Below, one piece after another: positions 17,207 through 27,034 of a DNA stretch of 64,000 bases. Origin of the DNA: Clostridia bacterium. Lineage in GTDB: Bacteria > Bacillota > Clostridia > Oscillospirales > CAG-272. The stretch is from NCBI GenBank assembly GCA_017396225.1, contig JAFQMP010000073.1, forward strand, positions 1,897-65,896, given 5' to 3'. The first letter of the stretch is position 1; every line of letters starts with the position of its first letter. The translations under genes were made by a program, and so were the position numbers. The notes beneath the pieces are model-generated. The model searched no databases and was not told the DNA's origin. It saw only the letters and a list, made by a program, of their open reading frames with translations.

Positions 17207-18082
17207 TTAGTCTTTCATACCGGACGAGCCCATTGTCTCAATGATATTGGACTGGGAGATAACGAAGACGAGAATGGGCACCAGCATCATAATAACCATC
17301 GATGCTGCGTGTGCACCCGCACGCTTGATACCGCCCGCCATAATCTGACCGATAGCGTAGTTGAAGGATTTGAGCTGCTCGGAGTGAATGTAAATCGAGC
17401 TGCCCTTGTTCCAGAGGTCCTGGAAGGAATAGATAATAAGCGTCAGCCATGCGGGCTTAACCATCGGCATCGCAATGACCCAGAAGGTTCTGAGCTCCGA
17501 TGCACCGTCCAGACGTGCCGATTCAAGAACGGCGTCCGAAACGTTGGTCTCCATGAACTGCTTCATCAGGTAAAGGCCCAGCGAGGTTGCCCATGCAGGC
17601 ACGATGATTGCCCAATAGGTATCAATCCAGTTCAAGGCGCTCATTATAATAAAGGAAGTAACTGCCGTAACCGTGGAGTGGAACATCAGCGAGGTTCTGA
17701 CCGTACGGAACATCAGCTGACCGCCGGGGAACTTGATCTTTGCCATTGCGTAAGCCGCAAGAGAGGAGAAGAACAGGTTACCGACCGTACCGACAACCGA
17801 GGTAAAAACGGTGTTGAAGATGTAACGGGAGAACGGCACCCACGAGGTGTTCATCAGCATGAACAAATCGCGGTAGTTTTTGAATGTTGGGTTGCGCACG
17901 AAGAAGCGCGGGGGGAACATCCACAGCTCGTCAAGGGGCTTCAGGGACTGCATGACAACATAGATCATGGGCAGGAACATGAAGGCACCCAGGAGAGCAA
18001 GAACAATCGTGATACCTGCATCACCGCCGGCCGAACGGTTGAGGACCACCTTATGCTTTCTGGTACGAAGTTTCTTTGCCAT
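17207..18082 (-). CDS. carbohydrate ABC transporter permease (MalG-like)
   Basis: Start chosen at MAKKLRTRKHK (ATG 18082), immediately after the stop of the upstream permease. EAA loop ESARLDGASELRTFWVIAMPMVKP. Confidence 0.85.
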   Translation of the reverse strand: MAKKLRTRKHKVVLNRSAGGDAGITIVLALLGAFMFLPMIYVVMQSLKPLDELWMFPPRFFVRNPTFKNYRDLFMLMNTSWVPFSRYIFNTVFTSVVGTVGNLFFSSLAAYAMAKIKFPGGQLMFRTVRTSLMFHSTVTAVTSFIIMSALNWIDTYWAIIVPAWATSLGLYLMKQFMETNVSDAVLESARLDGASELRTFWVIAMPMVKPAWLTLIIYSFQDLWNKGSSIYIHSEQLKSFNYAIGQIMAGGIKRAGAHAASMVIMMLVPILVFVISQSNIIETMGSSGMKD

Positions 18083-18083
18083 A

Positions 18084-19019
18084 TTACTGACCCACCTTTG
18101 ACAAGACTTTCTTGACCAGCATGTTCGCACCGATCATAATCGCAAAGAGCACAACCGCGATAGACGAGGAATAGCCAACCTCAAAGCGCATACCGCCGTA
18201 GTCATCAAGATGGTGCATGATGGTATGTGCCGCATAATCGACGGAGGGGAAGCCACACAGAGCCGTAACAACGCCACCAAAGCCAAAGGCAGAGGTGATT
18301 GCCATAACGGCACCGAACATCAGCTGGGGCTTCATCGAGGGCAATGTAATAAACCAAAGCTCCTGCCAACGGTTGCGTACGCCGTCCACGGCGCCCGCCT
18401 CGTACATCGAGCGGTCAATGCCCTGCAAGCCTGCGATAAAGGACAGAAAGGAGGTACCAAGCGAGGTCCAGAGTGCAACCACGATACAAAGAGGCATAAC
18501 GTACTTTGCGTCCTGGAAGAACTGAATCTCCGAGGTGATGATGCCGAGGTCAAGGAGGATACCGTTGACCCAGCCGTAAGAGTCGCCCGAGAACAGGGTA
18601 CCCCAGATGAGGTACACCTGACCGGAAATAGAGGGTGCATAGAAGATGAGCGTAACCACCGCACGAATCTTGGGGGGCAGCTCGTTAATGAACCATGCTA
18701 CCATCAGGGACATCAGGTAGGAAACGGGACCTACGATGATAGCAAAGATCAAGGTGTTTTTACAGGCGATAATGAAAATATCGTCATCGAGGAAGAGACG
18801 GATATAGTTATCAAGGAAAACAAAATCCGGCACCTCGAGCAGGTTAAAGTTTGTTAAACTGATCACCATCGAAAGCAGCACGGGCACAACCGTGAACAGA
18901 GTGAAAATCAGCATATAGGGTGCTACCATTGCATAGGCAACCTTGTGCTTTTTCATCTCATTCCATGTCCATTGTGCGCGTGACATATCCGATCGGATCA
19001 CCGCTTTTTTCTTTGACAT
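18084..19019 (-). CDS. carbohydrate ABC transporter permease (MalF-like)
   Basis: 311 aa, multi-TM, EAA loop EAGAVDGVRNRWQELWFITLPSMKP. Confidence 0.85.
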   Translation of the reverse strand: MSKKKAVIRSDMSRAQWTWNEMKKHKVAYAMVAPYMLIFTLFTVVPVLLSMVISLTNFNLLEVPDFVFLDNYIRLFLDDDIFIIACKNTLIFAIIVGPVSYLMSLMVAWFINELPPKIRAVVTLIFYAPSISGQVYLIWGTLFSGDSYGWVNGILLDLGIITSEIQFFQDAKYVMPLCIVVALWTSLGTSFLSFIAGLQGIDRSMYEAGAVDGVRNRWQELWFITLPSMKPQLMFGAVMAITSAFGFGGVVTALCGFPSVDYAAHTIMHHLDDYGGMRFEVGYSSSIAVVLFAIMIGANMLVKKVLSKVGQ

Positions 19020-19059
19020 GTTGTTTCTCCTTACAGCGCTAAATTATAATGTAACCGAA

Positions 19060-22000
19060 TTACGACTTCACATTAAGCGCAGCAATTGCATTGTTAATCG
19101 CCTGAACCGTGCCCTTGTAAGCATCGGTATCCAGAGCAAGCAATCTGTCGCGCACGTTGGTCAGGGTGTGCTCTTCAACCAGGTCATAGTCACCGCGCTT
19201 GATATCAGCAATGATATCAGACATAATGTACTCTGCCTGCTTGTCAACGTTGCCGCCCGAGCCGACCTTTTCAACATCGGCGTTCCAGGCTGCAAGCAGC
19301 TGGTCAAGGCGCTTACTCTTCAGCGTCTGGCCAATCTCGAGGGTTTCAAGACCGAACTCCTCACGCTTACGGGTAATTTCCTTGTTAATAATTGTAATGT
19401 AGCTCTGCAGCTCCTCAGTAGGATCTGCGTTATCGTTGTACGCAGCAAGGAATGCGAAGCTGGTGTAACGGCCAATAATATAGCTGCCAGGATAGTTGGG
19501 GATAGACGCGAGTTTTTCGAACTGAGCGTTCAGCTGCTTCAGTTCCTCAGAGGTCCAGGGCATCTCGGAAAGCGCCTGAATATTCGCGGTCGCGTGCTTT
19601 GCGGAGGGGCCGATGATAGCAACCATCTCATTCGAGTAAACGACCTGGCAATCCTTACCGGAGTGCCAAACCATGAACTGCCATGCACGGGATTTCTCCA
19701 TCATTCCCTCTTCACCGCCTGCGGCGCCACAGCCGTTCAGCATAACGATAGCCGAGGTCGTCGCAACGCTGCAGTTGTTGATGATGGGGTCACCATTCTC
19801 ATCAACCTCACCGGTATCAATGCCGGGCATGGGATAGAATGCCCACAGACCCTTGATTTCGGTTGCAAATACCGTCAGCTGGTTGTAGGTGCCGTTGTAG
19901 GAAGCAAAGCCAATCGGCATCTCACCGGTACGGAAGCGGTTCGCAAAGTCATATTTATAAGGGAAGGAGTACATGGTGAAGAAGCTGCACATCTTATCAA
20001 AGGACTCAAGACCCACGTTAGAGTCAAGGTTGATGCGCATACCGCCATCTGCAAAGAGCGTACCGCCCATCTGGTAGAGGAAGACCTTATAGTCGGTGTG
20101 CATGCCAATCTGCATGTTATTCGCCTGCAGCGTGGGAATTGCAGCCAGCACATCGTCCCAGGTCTTGGGAATCTTGATGTCCAGGTCTGCGAGAATGTCC
20201 TTGCGGACAAACATCATGGTAAAGTTCTGCGTCTCGGGCAAGCCGTAGCAGTGCTTAACGCCCTCGGCGTCCTCAATCTGAAGAACCGCCATTGCAGCAT
20301 CATTGAAGTTCTCCTTCACTGTCTGCTCAAAGTTGGGCATATTTTCAATCGGCAGCAGTGCGCCGCGGATTGCATAGTTGATAACATCGTCCTCACCGAT
20401 ACCGATGTAAACGTCGGGACCCATACCTGCCAGTACCGAGGGCAGCAGCGTGCCGCCTGCAACCAGCTTGAGGTTGACGGGAACATCATATTTGGGAGTA
20501 AAGTCGTTGTTAATCAGGTTACGGATAACCTGTGCCTGGTCACGACCGTAAGCAAGCCATACGTCAATGGTGTTTTCGCCGGAGGTTTCCTCTGCGGTTG
20601 CACCCATACGGTCATAGTTACGGAAGAAGGACATGATAAAGCTTGAAAGCTCGTGAATCAGCGCCTTGAAGAAGCCTGCCTTTGCCTGAGGTGCATCACC
20701 GCCCGTAGGCTGAATGATGATGTAGTCAAGCTGGAGGGGCTGGGTCTTGGCGTCGGAGAGCCAGGTACCGAGAGAGCCGATATAAGACTTGAGCTGGTCA
20801 AGATATTTTGCAATCTCGTCCTCGTTACTGCCCATACGGTCAAGCAGCCAGGCAACCTTCTCAAGCGTTGCAACGTTCGAGCTCTTCTCACCCGTGATGT
20901 CAGCAAGCAGCTTTGCAATATCGTAAAGCTCCTGAGACTGAATCTTCATATCAATCATGACATCGGGCATAACACGTGCAAAGCCGTAGTCACGCAGCTC
21001 ATCAGGGTCAGCACCCGTCAGCTTCATGATGGCAAGATAGTCAGCGTTGATAGCGGTCAGGGCTGCATCTACACGACGGACAATGTCGCCGGTCGAGCCG
21101 AGCGCAACCTCCATGGTAATGGTGTAGACAACGTCCTTCTCAAAGTAGAACTGATAATCTACGCCGTTGCCGCTGTTAAAGAGCGTGGACTGCCAAGCAG
21201 AGTTGTAATTGAAGCGCAGGCGGGTTGCCTCAACAAAGGGCACCGAGCCGTCATACTTACCGTCACTGCTCTCAATGCGCAGGGTACGGCAGGTATACAT
21301 ACCGTCCAGCACGTTCTGGCGGTAGCGCGCTGCAATATTGTACATACCGCTGGTGGATACCGCAAAGCTGTAACGCACCCACTGACCTGCGGTCTGCCAC
21401 TTCTCACCACCCAGGGTGTTGAGCATCGTGCAGCCGGTGTCTGCGGGCATCGTTGCCGCATCGGTACGGTCCTCTACAGGGTAAATGGTCTGCGAGGAGG
21501 TTGCACCAGGGTACTCAGCCTGAATGACAATCTTGTCCTGACCGGAGGGCATACCCTTGTACTGTGCGAGGTACTGCTCATAGGTCGGCAGCGAAATATG
21601 CTTAACGAGGCGGATTTCCTTAATGGTAATGGGCTCGTTGACAGCCTCAAGAGAAATCTTATGCGTGCCCGCCGTGAAAGCAAACTCAAAGCTCTCTGCA
21701 TAGAAGCCATCGGCATCGCGCAGCTCGTAGCTGCGGAGCTCGGGCGCCTGGTCCATCGAAGGACGCAGCTCGTTGTTATCAATATCACTGGTGAAGAAAC
21801 GCACCGTATACTCGTTGACAAACGCTGCCTGCGATTGCGTCCACACCTCAGGGAAGGTCAATGCAACATAAGCCTCGCCGTTCTTGGCGCGCACATCTGC
21901 GTCGGCAAAGCCTGCCTTGACAGCCGCCTCATAAATCTCGGTAACCGAAGCGTCCTTGGTGGCATAGACCTCTGCGATGACATAGGTGTTCTTCCAGACC

Positions 22001-22476
22001 TTGGGCAAGGACAGGAAGCGCGCCTCGGCAAAGGGAATCTTGCCGTCAATCATCAGGACTCGCTCAATCGACGCGGATTTCGCGTCGTCGGGCCAGTACT
22101 CAATGACGATACTGTACTTTGCGTCACTGGGAATGTTAACCTCCCAAGTAACAACACCGTTGTTCGGTGTAAACAGGCCAACCGTGCCGTCCTCAAGCAG
22201 CACCTTTCTGACGTCTTCCGCCGTCAGGCCTTTGCCAAGCTCCACGTAATCAACACCCTTGATAGGGGGAAGATCCACAGTGGCTCCGGGAACCCCTGCG
22301 TGCTCAGCCTTGTATTCCTCATAGGTCTGGGCATTCAGCTGTTCCTTGAACTGTTGCAGGTCATCGTCGTCGCCGCCGCCCGGTTCGTTCGATGCGCTGA
22401 CAGTCATCGCACCGCCGAACAGGAAGCATACAGCCAAGACGAAAGCCAAGAGTCTTTGGAGCATCTTCTTTTTCAT
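19060..22476 (-). CDS. giant extracellular solute-binding protein with N-terminal CBM-like modules
   Basis: 1138 aa from MKKKMLQRLLAFVLAVCFLFGG (ATG 22476, RBS GAGGAGGA). The N-terminal half has two beta-sandwich-like segments (KYSIVIEYWPDD..., GMYNIAARYRQN...). The C-terminal half resembles type-1 sugar SBPs (VWLAYGRDQAQVIRNLINNDFTPKYDVPVNLKLV...). Confidence 0.7.
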   Translation of the reverse strand: MKKKMLQRLLAFVLAVCFLFGGAMTVSASNEPGGGDDDDLQQFKEQLNAQTYEEYKAEHAGVPGATVDLPPIKGVDYVELGKGLTAEDVRKVLLEDGTVGLFTPNNGVVTWEVNIPSDAKYSIVIEYWPDDAKSASIERVLMIDGKIPFAEARFLSLPKVWKNTYVIAEVYATKDASVTEIYEAAVKAGFADADVRAKNGEAYVALTFPEVWTQSQAAFVNEYTVRFFTSDIDNNELRPSMDQAPELRSYELRDADGFYAESFEFAFTAGTHKISLEAVNEPITIKEIRLVKHISLPTYEQYLAQYKGMPSGQDKIVIQAEYPGATSSQTIYPVEDRTDAATMPADTGCTMLNTLGGEKWQTAGQWVRYSFAVSTSGMYNIAARYRQNVLDGMYTCRTLRIESSDGKYDGSVPFVEATRLRFNYNSAWQSTLFNSGNGVDYQFYFEKDVVYTITMEVALGSTGDIVRRVDAALTAINADYLAIMKLTGADPDELRDYGFARVMPDVMIDMKIQSQELYDIAKLLADITGEKSSNVATLEKVAWLLDRMGSNEDEIAKYLDQLKSYIGSLGTWLSDAKTQPLQLDYIIIQPTGGDAPQAKAGFFKALIHELSSFIMSFFRNYDRMGATAEETSGENTIDVWLAYGRDQAQVIRNLINNDFTPKYDVPVNLKLVAGGTLLPSVLAGMGPDVYIGIGEDDVINYAIRGALLPIENMPNFEQTVKENFNDAAMAVLQIEDAEGVKHCYGLPETQNFTMMFVRKDILADLDIKIPKTWDDVLAAIPTLQANNMQIGMHTDYKVFLYQMGGTLFADGGMRINLDSNVGLESFDKMCSFFTMYSFPYKYDFANRFRTGEMPIGFASYNGTYNQLTVFATEIKGLWAFYPMPGIDTGEVDENGDPIINNCSVATTSAIVMLNGCGAAGGEEGMMEKSRAWQFMVWHSGKDCQVVYSNEMVAIIGPSAKHATANIQALSEMPWTSEELKQLNAQFEKLASIPNYPGSYIIGRYTSFAFLAAYNDNADPTEELQSYITIINKEITRKREEFGLETLEIGQTLKSKRLDQLLAAWNADVEKVGSGGNVDKQAEYIMSDIIADIKRGDYDLVEEHTLTNVRDRLLALDTDAYKGTVQAINNAIAALNVKS

Positions 22477-23247
22477 ATTTTCCTCCTCTTTACTGCACTT
22501 GCAGTTTGGTATGTTTGCGCGGTTTGACGCGCGGCGCATGCCCTGCGCACGCGTGAGAACAAATAAAGAACGGCGAGCCGTTCTCGTTTGCCGTCAAGCG
22601 AGGCAGAGCCTGCAAGCCCACTGGGGGCTTTGATGTATGGCAATATTTTAGCACAGAAAGCCGACAAAAGTCAAGTGAAAATTTCTCGCGCATTATGCGT
22701 ATATGCGCGAGGCAAGCAGGTCAGGGCACCCGCGCAAGCACCCCTGTGAAAAGCCCCTTTTATGCAAAATTTCGTCAATTTTTCGCAAAAGCGATTTTAA
22801 TTGTTAAATAAAATTTACCTAAACCCGCAGTGAGAGGAGATGCAGCCGTCCCCAACTGGTCTTTTTTCGTCATCTTTTCCCAAAACAACTTTTTTGTAGC
22901 CCACAAAAGTAAATTTAATTTAACGTGTAACCGCAAAAGGATTTTTGAGAGCCTCCCTCGCCGCCTTTTTTCAGGGGAGCCGTTTTTTGTGCAGGTTAGA
23001 CAAAAAGGAAAGCCCATTTTCTACGCCGCGTACCGCGCGCACAAAGCGGCACTTTTCCGCCTTTTTACAAAAAATTCACATTTGCATCTCCTTTTTACGT
23101 GCTCAGGCGCTTGCGCGCACATAAATGCGTGGCTTTCCGCTTTTGCGTTTTTTTGCCGCCGCCAAACATAAGCACCGAAATTCGGGAAACACTAACACCA
23201 AGCAAGCGCAGTTTCGCTGCGCAAAATTATGCGATAAGGCGGTTTTT

Positions 23248-24318
23248 ATGATGAAACGTTTCACTTTATTGTTACTTGCTCTCCTGCTGATTGCCCTGCC
23301 CCTTGGCGGCTGTCGTCGGGACAAGGGCGGCACAGATGTTCACGTTTTTTACTACACCTACAGCGACCCTTATATTTCCTCGGTGCGCGCAGCGCTTGAC
23401 CGCGAGCTGAGCGGTGCCGGGCTCTCCTACCAGGATTATGACGGCAACGGCAACCAGACCACCCAGACCGAGCAAATCCGCACGGCGGTAACAAAGGGTG
23501 CCAAGGCTCTGCTTGTCAACATCGTCAACACAGGCTCTGACGATGCTGCACGCGAAATTACCGAGCTTGCAAAGAACGCGGGTATTCCGCTGATTTTCTT
23601 TAACCGCGAGGTAAGTGACACCGTTGTCAAGAGCTACAACAACTGCGCCTTTGTCGGCACACGTGCCGAGGAGGCTGGCATACTGCAGGGCGAGATGATC
23701 GGTGAATACCTGCTTAAAAACTATGAAAAGTGCGATTTGAACGGCGACGGTGTGATTTCGTATATTCTCTTCAAGGGTGAGGAGGGCAACAATGAGGCAA
23801 TTTTCCGCACCAAGTACAGTGTGGAGGAGGCGAACAAGAAATTAACCGATGCGGGCAAGCCCGCCCTGCGCTTCTACGATGCCTCAAACAAGGACGGCTA
23901 TCTGGTAGATAAAAACGGCCAATGGTCGGCTACCGCCGCAAACGAATATATGACCACCGCGCTGACTGCCTACAACACCGCAGCGGGCAATATGATTGAG
24001 CTTGTCATCTGCAACAATGACGGCATGGCAGAGGGTGCCATTTCTGCGCTCAATGCAGCAGGCTACAACAAGGGCGGTGAAAGCAAGGCCATTCCCGTCT
24101 TCGGCGTAGATGCAACGGACGCCGCCAAAACCCTGATTAAAAACGGCCAGATGGCGGGCACTGTCAGACAGGACGCGGCAGGTATGGCTAAGGCGCTGCT
24201 GCACCTGGCAAAGAACGCCACCACAGACGGGCGTGAGCTGATGGCAGACACCACCGACTTTACGGTAGACGATGCGGTACAGAAAATCCGCATTCATTAC
24301 GAGAAATATGTCGGCTAA
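23248..24318 (+). CDS. mglB: galactose/glucose ABC transporter substrate-binding lipoprotein
   Basis: Start at MMKRFTLLLLALLLIALPLGGC (lipobox). Type I periplasmic-binding fold sequence. First gene of an mglBAC-like operon. Confidence 0.85.
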   Translation: MMKRFTLLLLALLLIALPLGGCRRDKGGTDVHVFYYTYSDPYISSVRAALDRELSGAGLSYQDYDGNGNQTTQTEQIRTAVTKGAKALLVNIVNTGSDDAAREITELAKNAGIPLIFFNREVSDTVVKSYNNCAFVGTRAEEAGILQGEMIGEYLLKNYEKCDLNGDGVISYILFKGEEGNNEAIFRTKYSVEEANKKLTDAGKPALRFYDASNKDGYLVDKNGQWSATAANEYMTTALTAYNTAAGNMIELVICNNDGMAEGAISALNAAGYNKGGESKAIPVFGVDATDAAKTLIKNGQMAGTVRQDAAGMAKALLHLAKNATTDGRELMADTTDFTVDDAVQKIRIHYEKYVG

Positions 24319-25825
24319 CGGGGAGAAAAACGCCCCGTTTCTGCTGGAAATGCAGAACTTTTCAAAAAGCTTTCCCGGTGTCAAGGCACTGCAAAATGTT
24401 TCGCTTGCCGTAAGACCGGGAACAGTGCACGCGCTGATGGGGGAAAACGGGGCAGGAAAATCCACGCTGATGAAATGCCTGTTCGGCATCTACAGCGCCG
24501 ATGAGGGCACGCTGCTGCTGGACGGCAGCAGCGTGCAATTCGCGAACCCGCGCGAGGCACTGGAAAACGGCGTTGCAATGGTACACCAGGAGTTGAACCA
24601 AGCGCTTGGCCGCAGCGTGATGGATAACATCTGGCTGGGGCGGTATCCCACCAGGCTCGGCTTCTATGTATCAGCACGCGAAATGTACAAAAAGACGCAG
24701 GACGTGCTTGAAAATCTGGGGCTCTCCATTGACCCCGCACGCATCATGTCCACCATGCCTGTGGCAGAGCGACAAATGGTGGAAATTGCAAAAGCGGTGT
24801 CCTATGATGCGCGCGTGATTGTGCTTGATGAGCCAACCTCCTCTCTTACGGAAAGTGAGGTAGAGCGCCTTTTTTCCATTATTGATATGCTCAAAAAGCG
24901 GGGCTGCGGCATCATTTATATCTCGCACAAAATGGAGGAAATCCTACGCATCAGCGACGATATTACCGTCATGCGTGACGGCAAAAATGTGGCAAGCGCA
25001 CCCGCTGCGGAAATGTCTATGGAGAAAATTATACGCCTGATGGTGGGGCGTGAATTATCCAGCCGCTTTCCGCCAAAATCATCAACCCCCGGCGAGGTCG
25101 TTTTCCGCGCAGAGGGCATCTCGTCGCGCTACCAGCGCGTGCGTGGTGTCACCCTGTCGGTCAGGCGCGGTGAAATTGTCGGGCTTGCAGGGCTCGCAGG
25201 GGCGGGACGTAGCGAGTTTTTTGAAAACATTTTCGGCATTTCAACACGTTCCGAGGGCAAGCTTTATCTGAATGGAAAAGAGATTGGCAACCGCACCGCG
25301 CGTGAAGCCAAGCAAAACGGCTTTGCGTTTGTCACAGAGGAGCGCCGTTCAACCGGAATTTTTGGTATTCTGAATATTACCGAAAACGCCACCATATCCG
25401 CGCTTCCGCGCTTTTTGCGAGGAAAAATATTGATAAATGACCGCAAACGTGCTGAGAAAACGAAGGAAATCATTAAAAAGCTTTCTGTCAAGACCGCCTC
25501 GCAAAAAGCGCAAATACGCACCCTGTCGGGCGGCAATCAGCAAAAGGTTATCTTTGGGCGGTGGCTCCTGACAGACCCCGAAATCTTGCTGCTTGACGAA
25601 CCGACACGCGGTATTGACGTTGGCGCAAAATATGAAATTTATCAGCTTATGGAGGACCTTGCCGCGCGCGGAAAATCCATTCTGGTTATCTCAAGTGAGC
25701 TGCCTGAGCTGCTTGGCGTCTGCCACCGCATCTATGTTATGTCGGGCGGCGAGGTCACGGGCGAGGTGGAGGCAAAAACGGCAACGCAAGAGGAAATTAT
25801 GGCGCTTGCTGCCAAAAATGTGTGA
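24308..25825 (+). CDS. mglA: galactose/methyl-galactoside ABC transporter ATP-binding protein (duplicated ABC domains)
   Basis: 505 aa. Close by eye to E. coli MglA (GENGAGKSTLMKCLFGIY, MVHQELNQALGRSVMDNIWLGRYPT, ERRSTGIF, LSGGNQQKV). The start overlaps the mglB stop. Confidence 0.95.
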   Translation: MSANGEKNAPFLLEMQNFSKSFPGVKALQNVSLAVRPGTVHALMGENGAGKSTLMKCLFGIYSADEGTLLLDGSSVQFANPREALENGVAMVHQELNQALGRSVMDNIWLGRYPTRLGFYVSAREMYKKTQDVLENLGLSIDPARIMSTMPVAERQMVEIAKAVSYDARVIVLDEPTSSLTESEVERLFSIIDMLKKRGCGIIYISHKMEEILRISDDITVMRDGKNVASAPAAEMSMEKIIRLMVGRELSSRFPPKSSTPGEVVFRAEGISSRYQRVRGVTLSVRRGEIVGLAGLAGAGRSEFFENIFGISTRSEGKLYLNGKEIGNRTAREAKQNGFAFVTEERRSTGIFGILNITENATISALPRFLRGKILINDRKRAEKTKEIIKKLSVKTASQKAQIRTLSGGNQQKVIFGRWLLTDPEILLLDEPTRGIDVGAKYEIYQLMEDLAARGKSILVISSELPELLGVCHRIYVMSGGEVTGEVEAKTATQEEIMALAAKNV

Positions 25826-25839
25826 GGAAAGGCAACGGT

Positions 25840-26895
25840 ATGAAGATAAACTGTATTGAAAAAATCAAATCTATGAGCAAGGGTGAGCGGCGCGCCTATT
25901 TCGGAGAATTGCTCATCAACAATTCGCTCTATATTTTTCTGTTGGCTGCTATCATTCTCATCGCGTGCCTGAATCCGCGCTTTCTTTCCTGGTCCTCGGT
26001 GGTAAATATCATTTCGCTTTCCGCCGCCAACCTGCCGTTGGCGCTCGGCATTGCTGGCGCCATTATTCTGACAGGCACCGACCTCTCGGCCGGCCGTATT
26101 GTCGGTCTGGTTGCCTGTGTATCGGCTGCGCTCTTGCAGACAACAGGCTATGCGGGCAAGGTCTTCCCTGCCCTTGAAACGCTACCCATTCCCGTAGTAT
26201 TTCTGATTATTATTGCCATTGGCGCACTGGTTGGCTTTATCAACGGCTACTGCACGGCTACCTTCCACCTTCACCCCTTCATCGTCACGCTTTCCACCCA
26301 GATGATTGTGTACGGCGCCCTGCTTTTGTTTTTGATGATTGGCAACAATAACGGTCAATCCATCTCAGGGCTGGCACCCGCCTATACAAACTTTATCAAG
26401 GGCAGCATTATCTCCTTTGGCGGCACGCCAATTCCCAATTACGTGTGGTATGTGCTGCTGATTACCGCCCTGATGTGGTTTGTATGGAACAAAACCACCT
26501 TTGGCAAAAACATGTTTGCTGTCGGCTCAAATCCCGAGGCCGCAAACGTATCGGGCGTAAACGTCAAGCGTGTGATTATTCTGGTCTTTATGCTTGCGGG
26601 CGTGCTTTACGGTGTCACGGGCTTTATTGAGGCCGCACGTATCGGCTCCAACAGCGCCGCAACCGGTCTGAACTATGAGCTTGATGCGATTGCCGCCTGC
26701 GTCATTGGCGGTGTTTCCTTCGTTGGCGGTACGGGCCGTATCGGCGGCGTGATACTCGGCGTAGTGCTCTTGCGCCTGATTTTTGTCGGTCTGACCTTCC
26801 TTGGCATTGATGCCAATATGCAATATATCATCAAGGGTCTGATTATTCTCATCGCTTGCGCCATTGATATGCGCAAATATTTGGTTCGCAGATGA
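25840..26895 (+). CDS. mglC: galactoside ABC transporter permease
   Basis: 351 aa from the ATG at 25840 (RBS GAGGAAAGG). Similar to MglC (GTDLSAGR, NKTTFGKNMFAVGSNPEAANVSGVNV, YELDAIAACVIGGVSF). Confidence 0.9.
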   Translation: MKINCIEKIKSMSKGERRAYFGELLINNSLYIFLLAAIILIACLNPRFLSWSSVVNIISLSAANLPLALGIAGAIILTGTDLSAGRIVGLVACVSAALLQTTGYAGKVFPALETLPIPVVFLIIIAIGALVGFINGYCTATFHLHPFIVTLSTQMIVYGALLLFLMIGNNNGQSISGLAPAYTNFIKGSIISFGGTPIPNYVWYVLLITALMWFVWNKTTFGKNMFAVGSNPEAANVSGVNVKRVIILVFMLAGVLYGVTGFIEAARIGSNSAATGLNYELDAIAACVIGGVSFVGGTGRIGGVILGVVLLRLIFVGLTFLGIDANMQYIIKGLIILIACAIDMRKYLVRR

Positions 26896-26968
26896 GCGAG
26901 AAAACACGGCACAGCTTGGCTTCTTTCAGGAAACAGGCTGTGCCTTACATATTTATTTCATATCGGGA

Positions 26969-26997
26969 TTGCATTTTCTTCAATTTGGTGTTATAAT
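26969..26997 (+). promoter_or_regulatory. sigma-A type promoter for nadE
   Basis: TTGCAT, 17-nt spacer, TATAAT. Confidence 0.6.
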
Positions 26998-27034
26998 GGA
27001 AAATGAAGAATTATGTAAACTGCGGAGGTTTATC

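Noticed and set aside
18943-22527. Plus-strand ORFs 18943..20646 (567 aa) and 20653..22527 (624 aa)
   Set aside because: Antisense shadows of the giant solute-binding protein gene.
22775-23171. ORFs 22775..23017 (-) and 22830..23171 (+) in the large intergenic spacer
   Set aside because: AT-rich region, Phe/Lys/Arg-rich improbable products, no RBS. Treated as non-coding.
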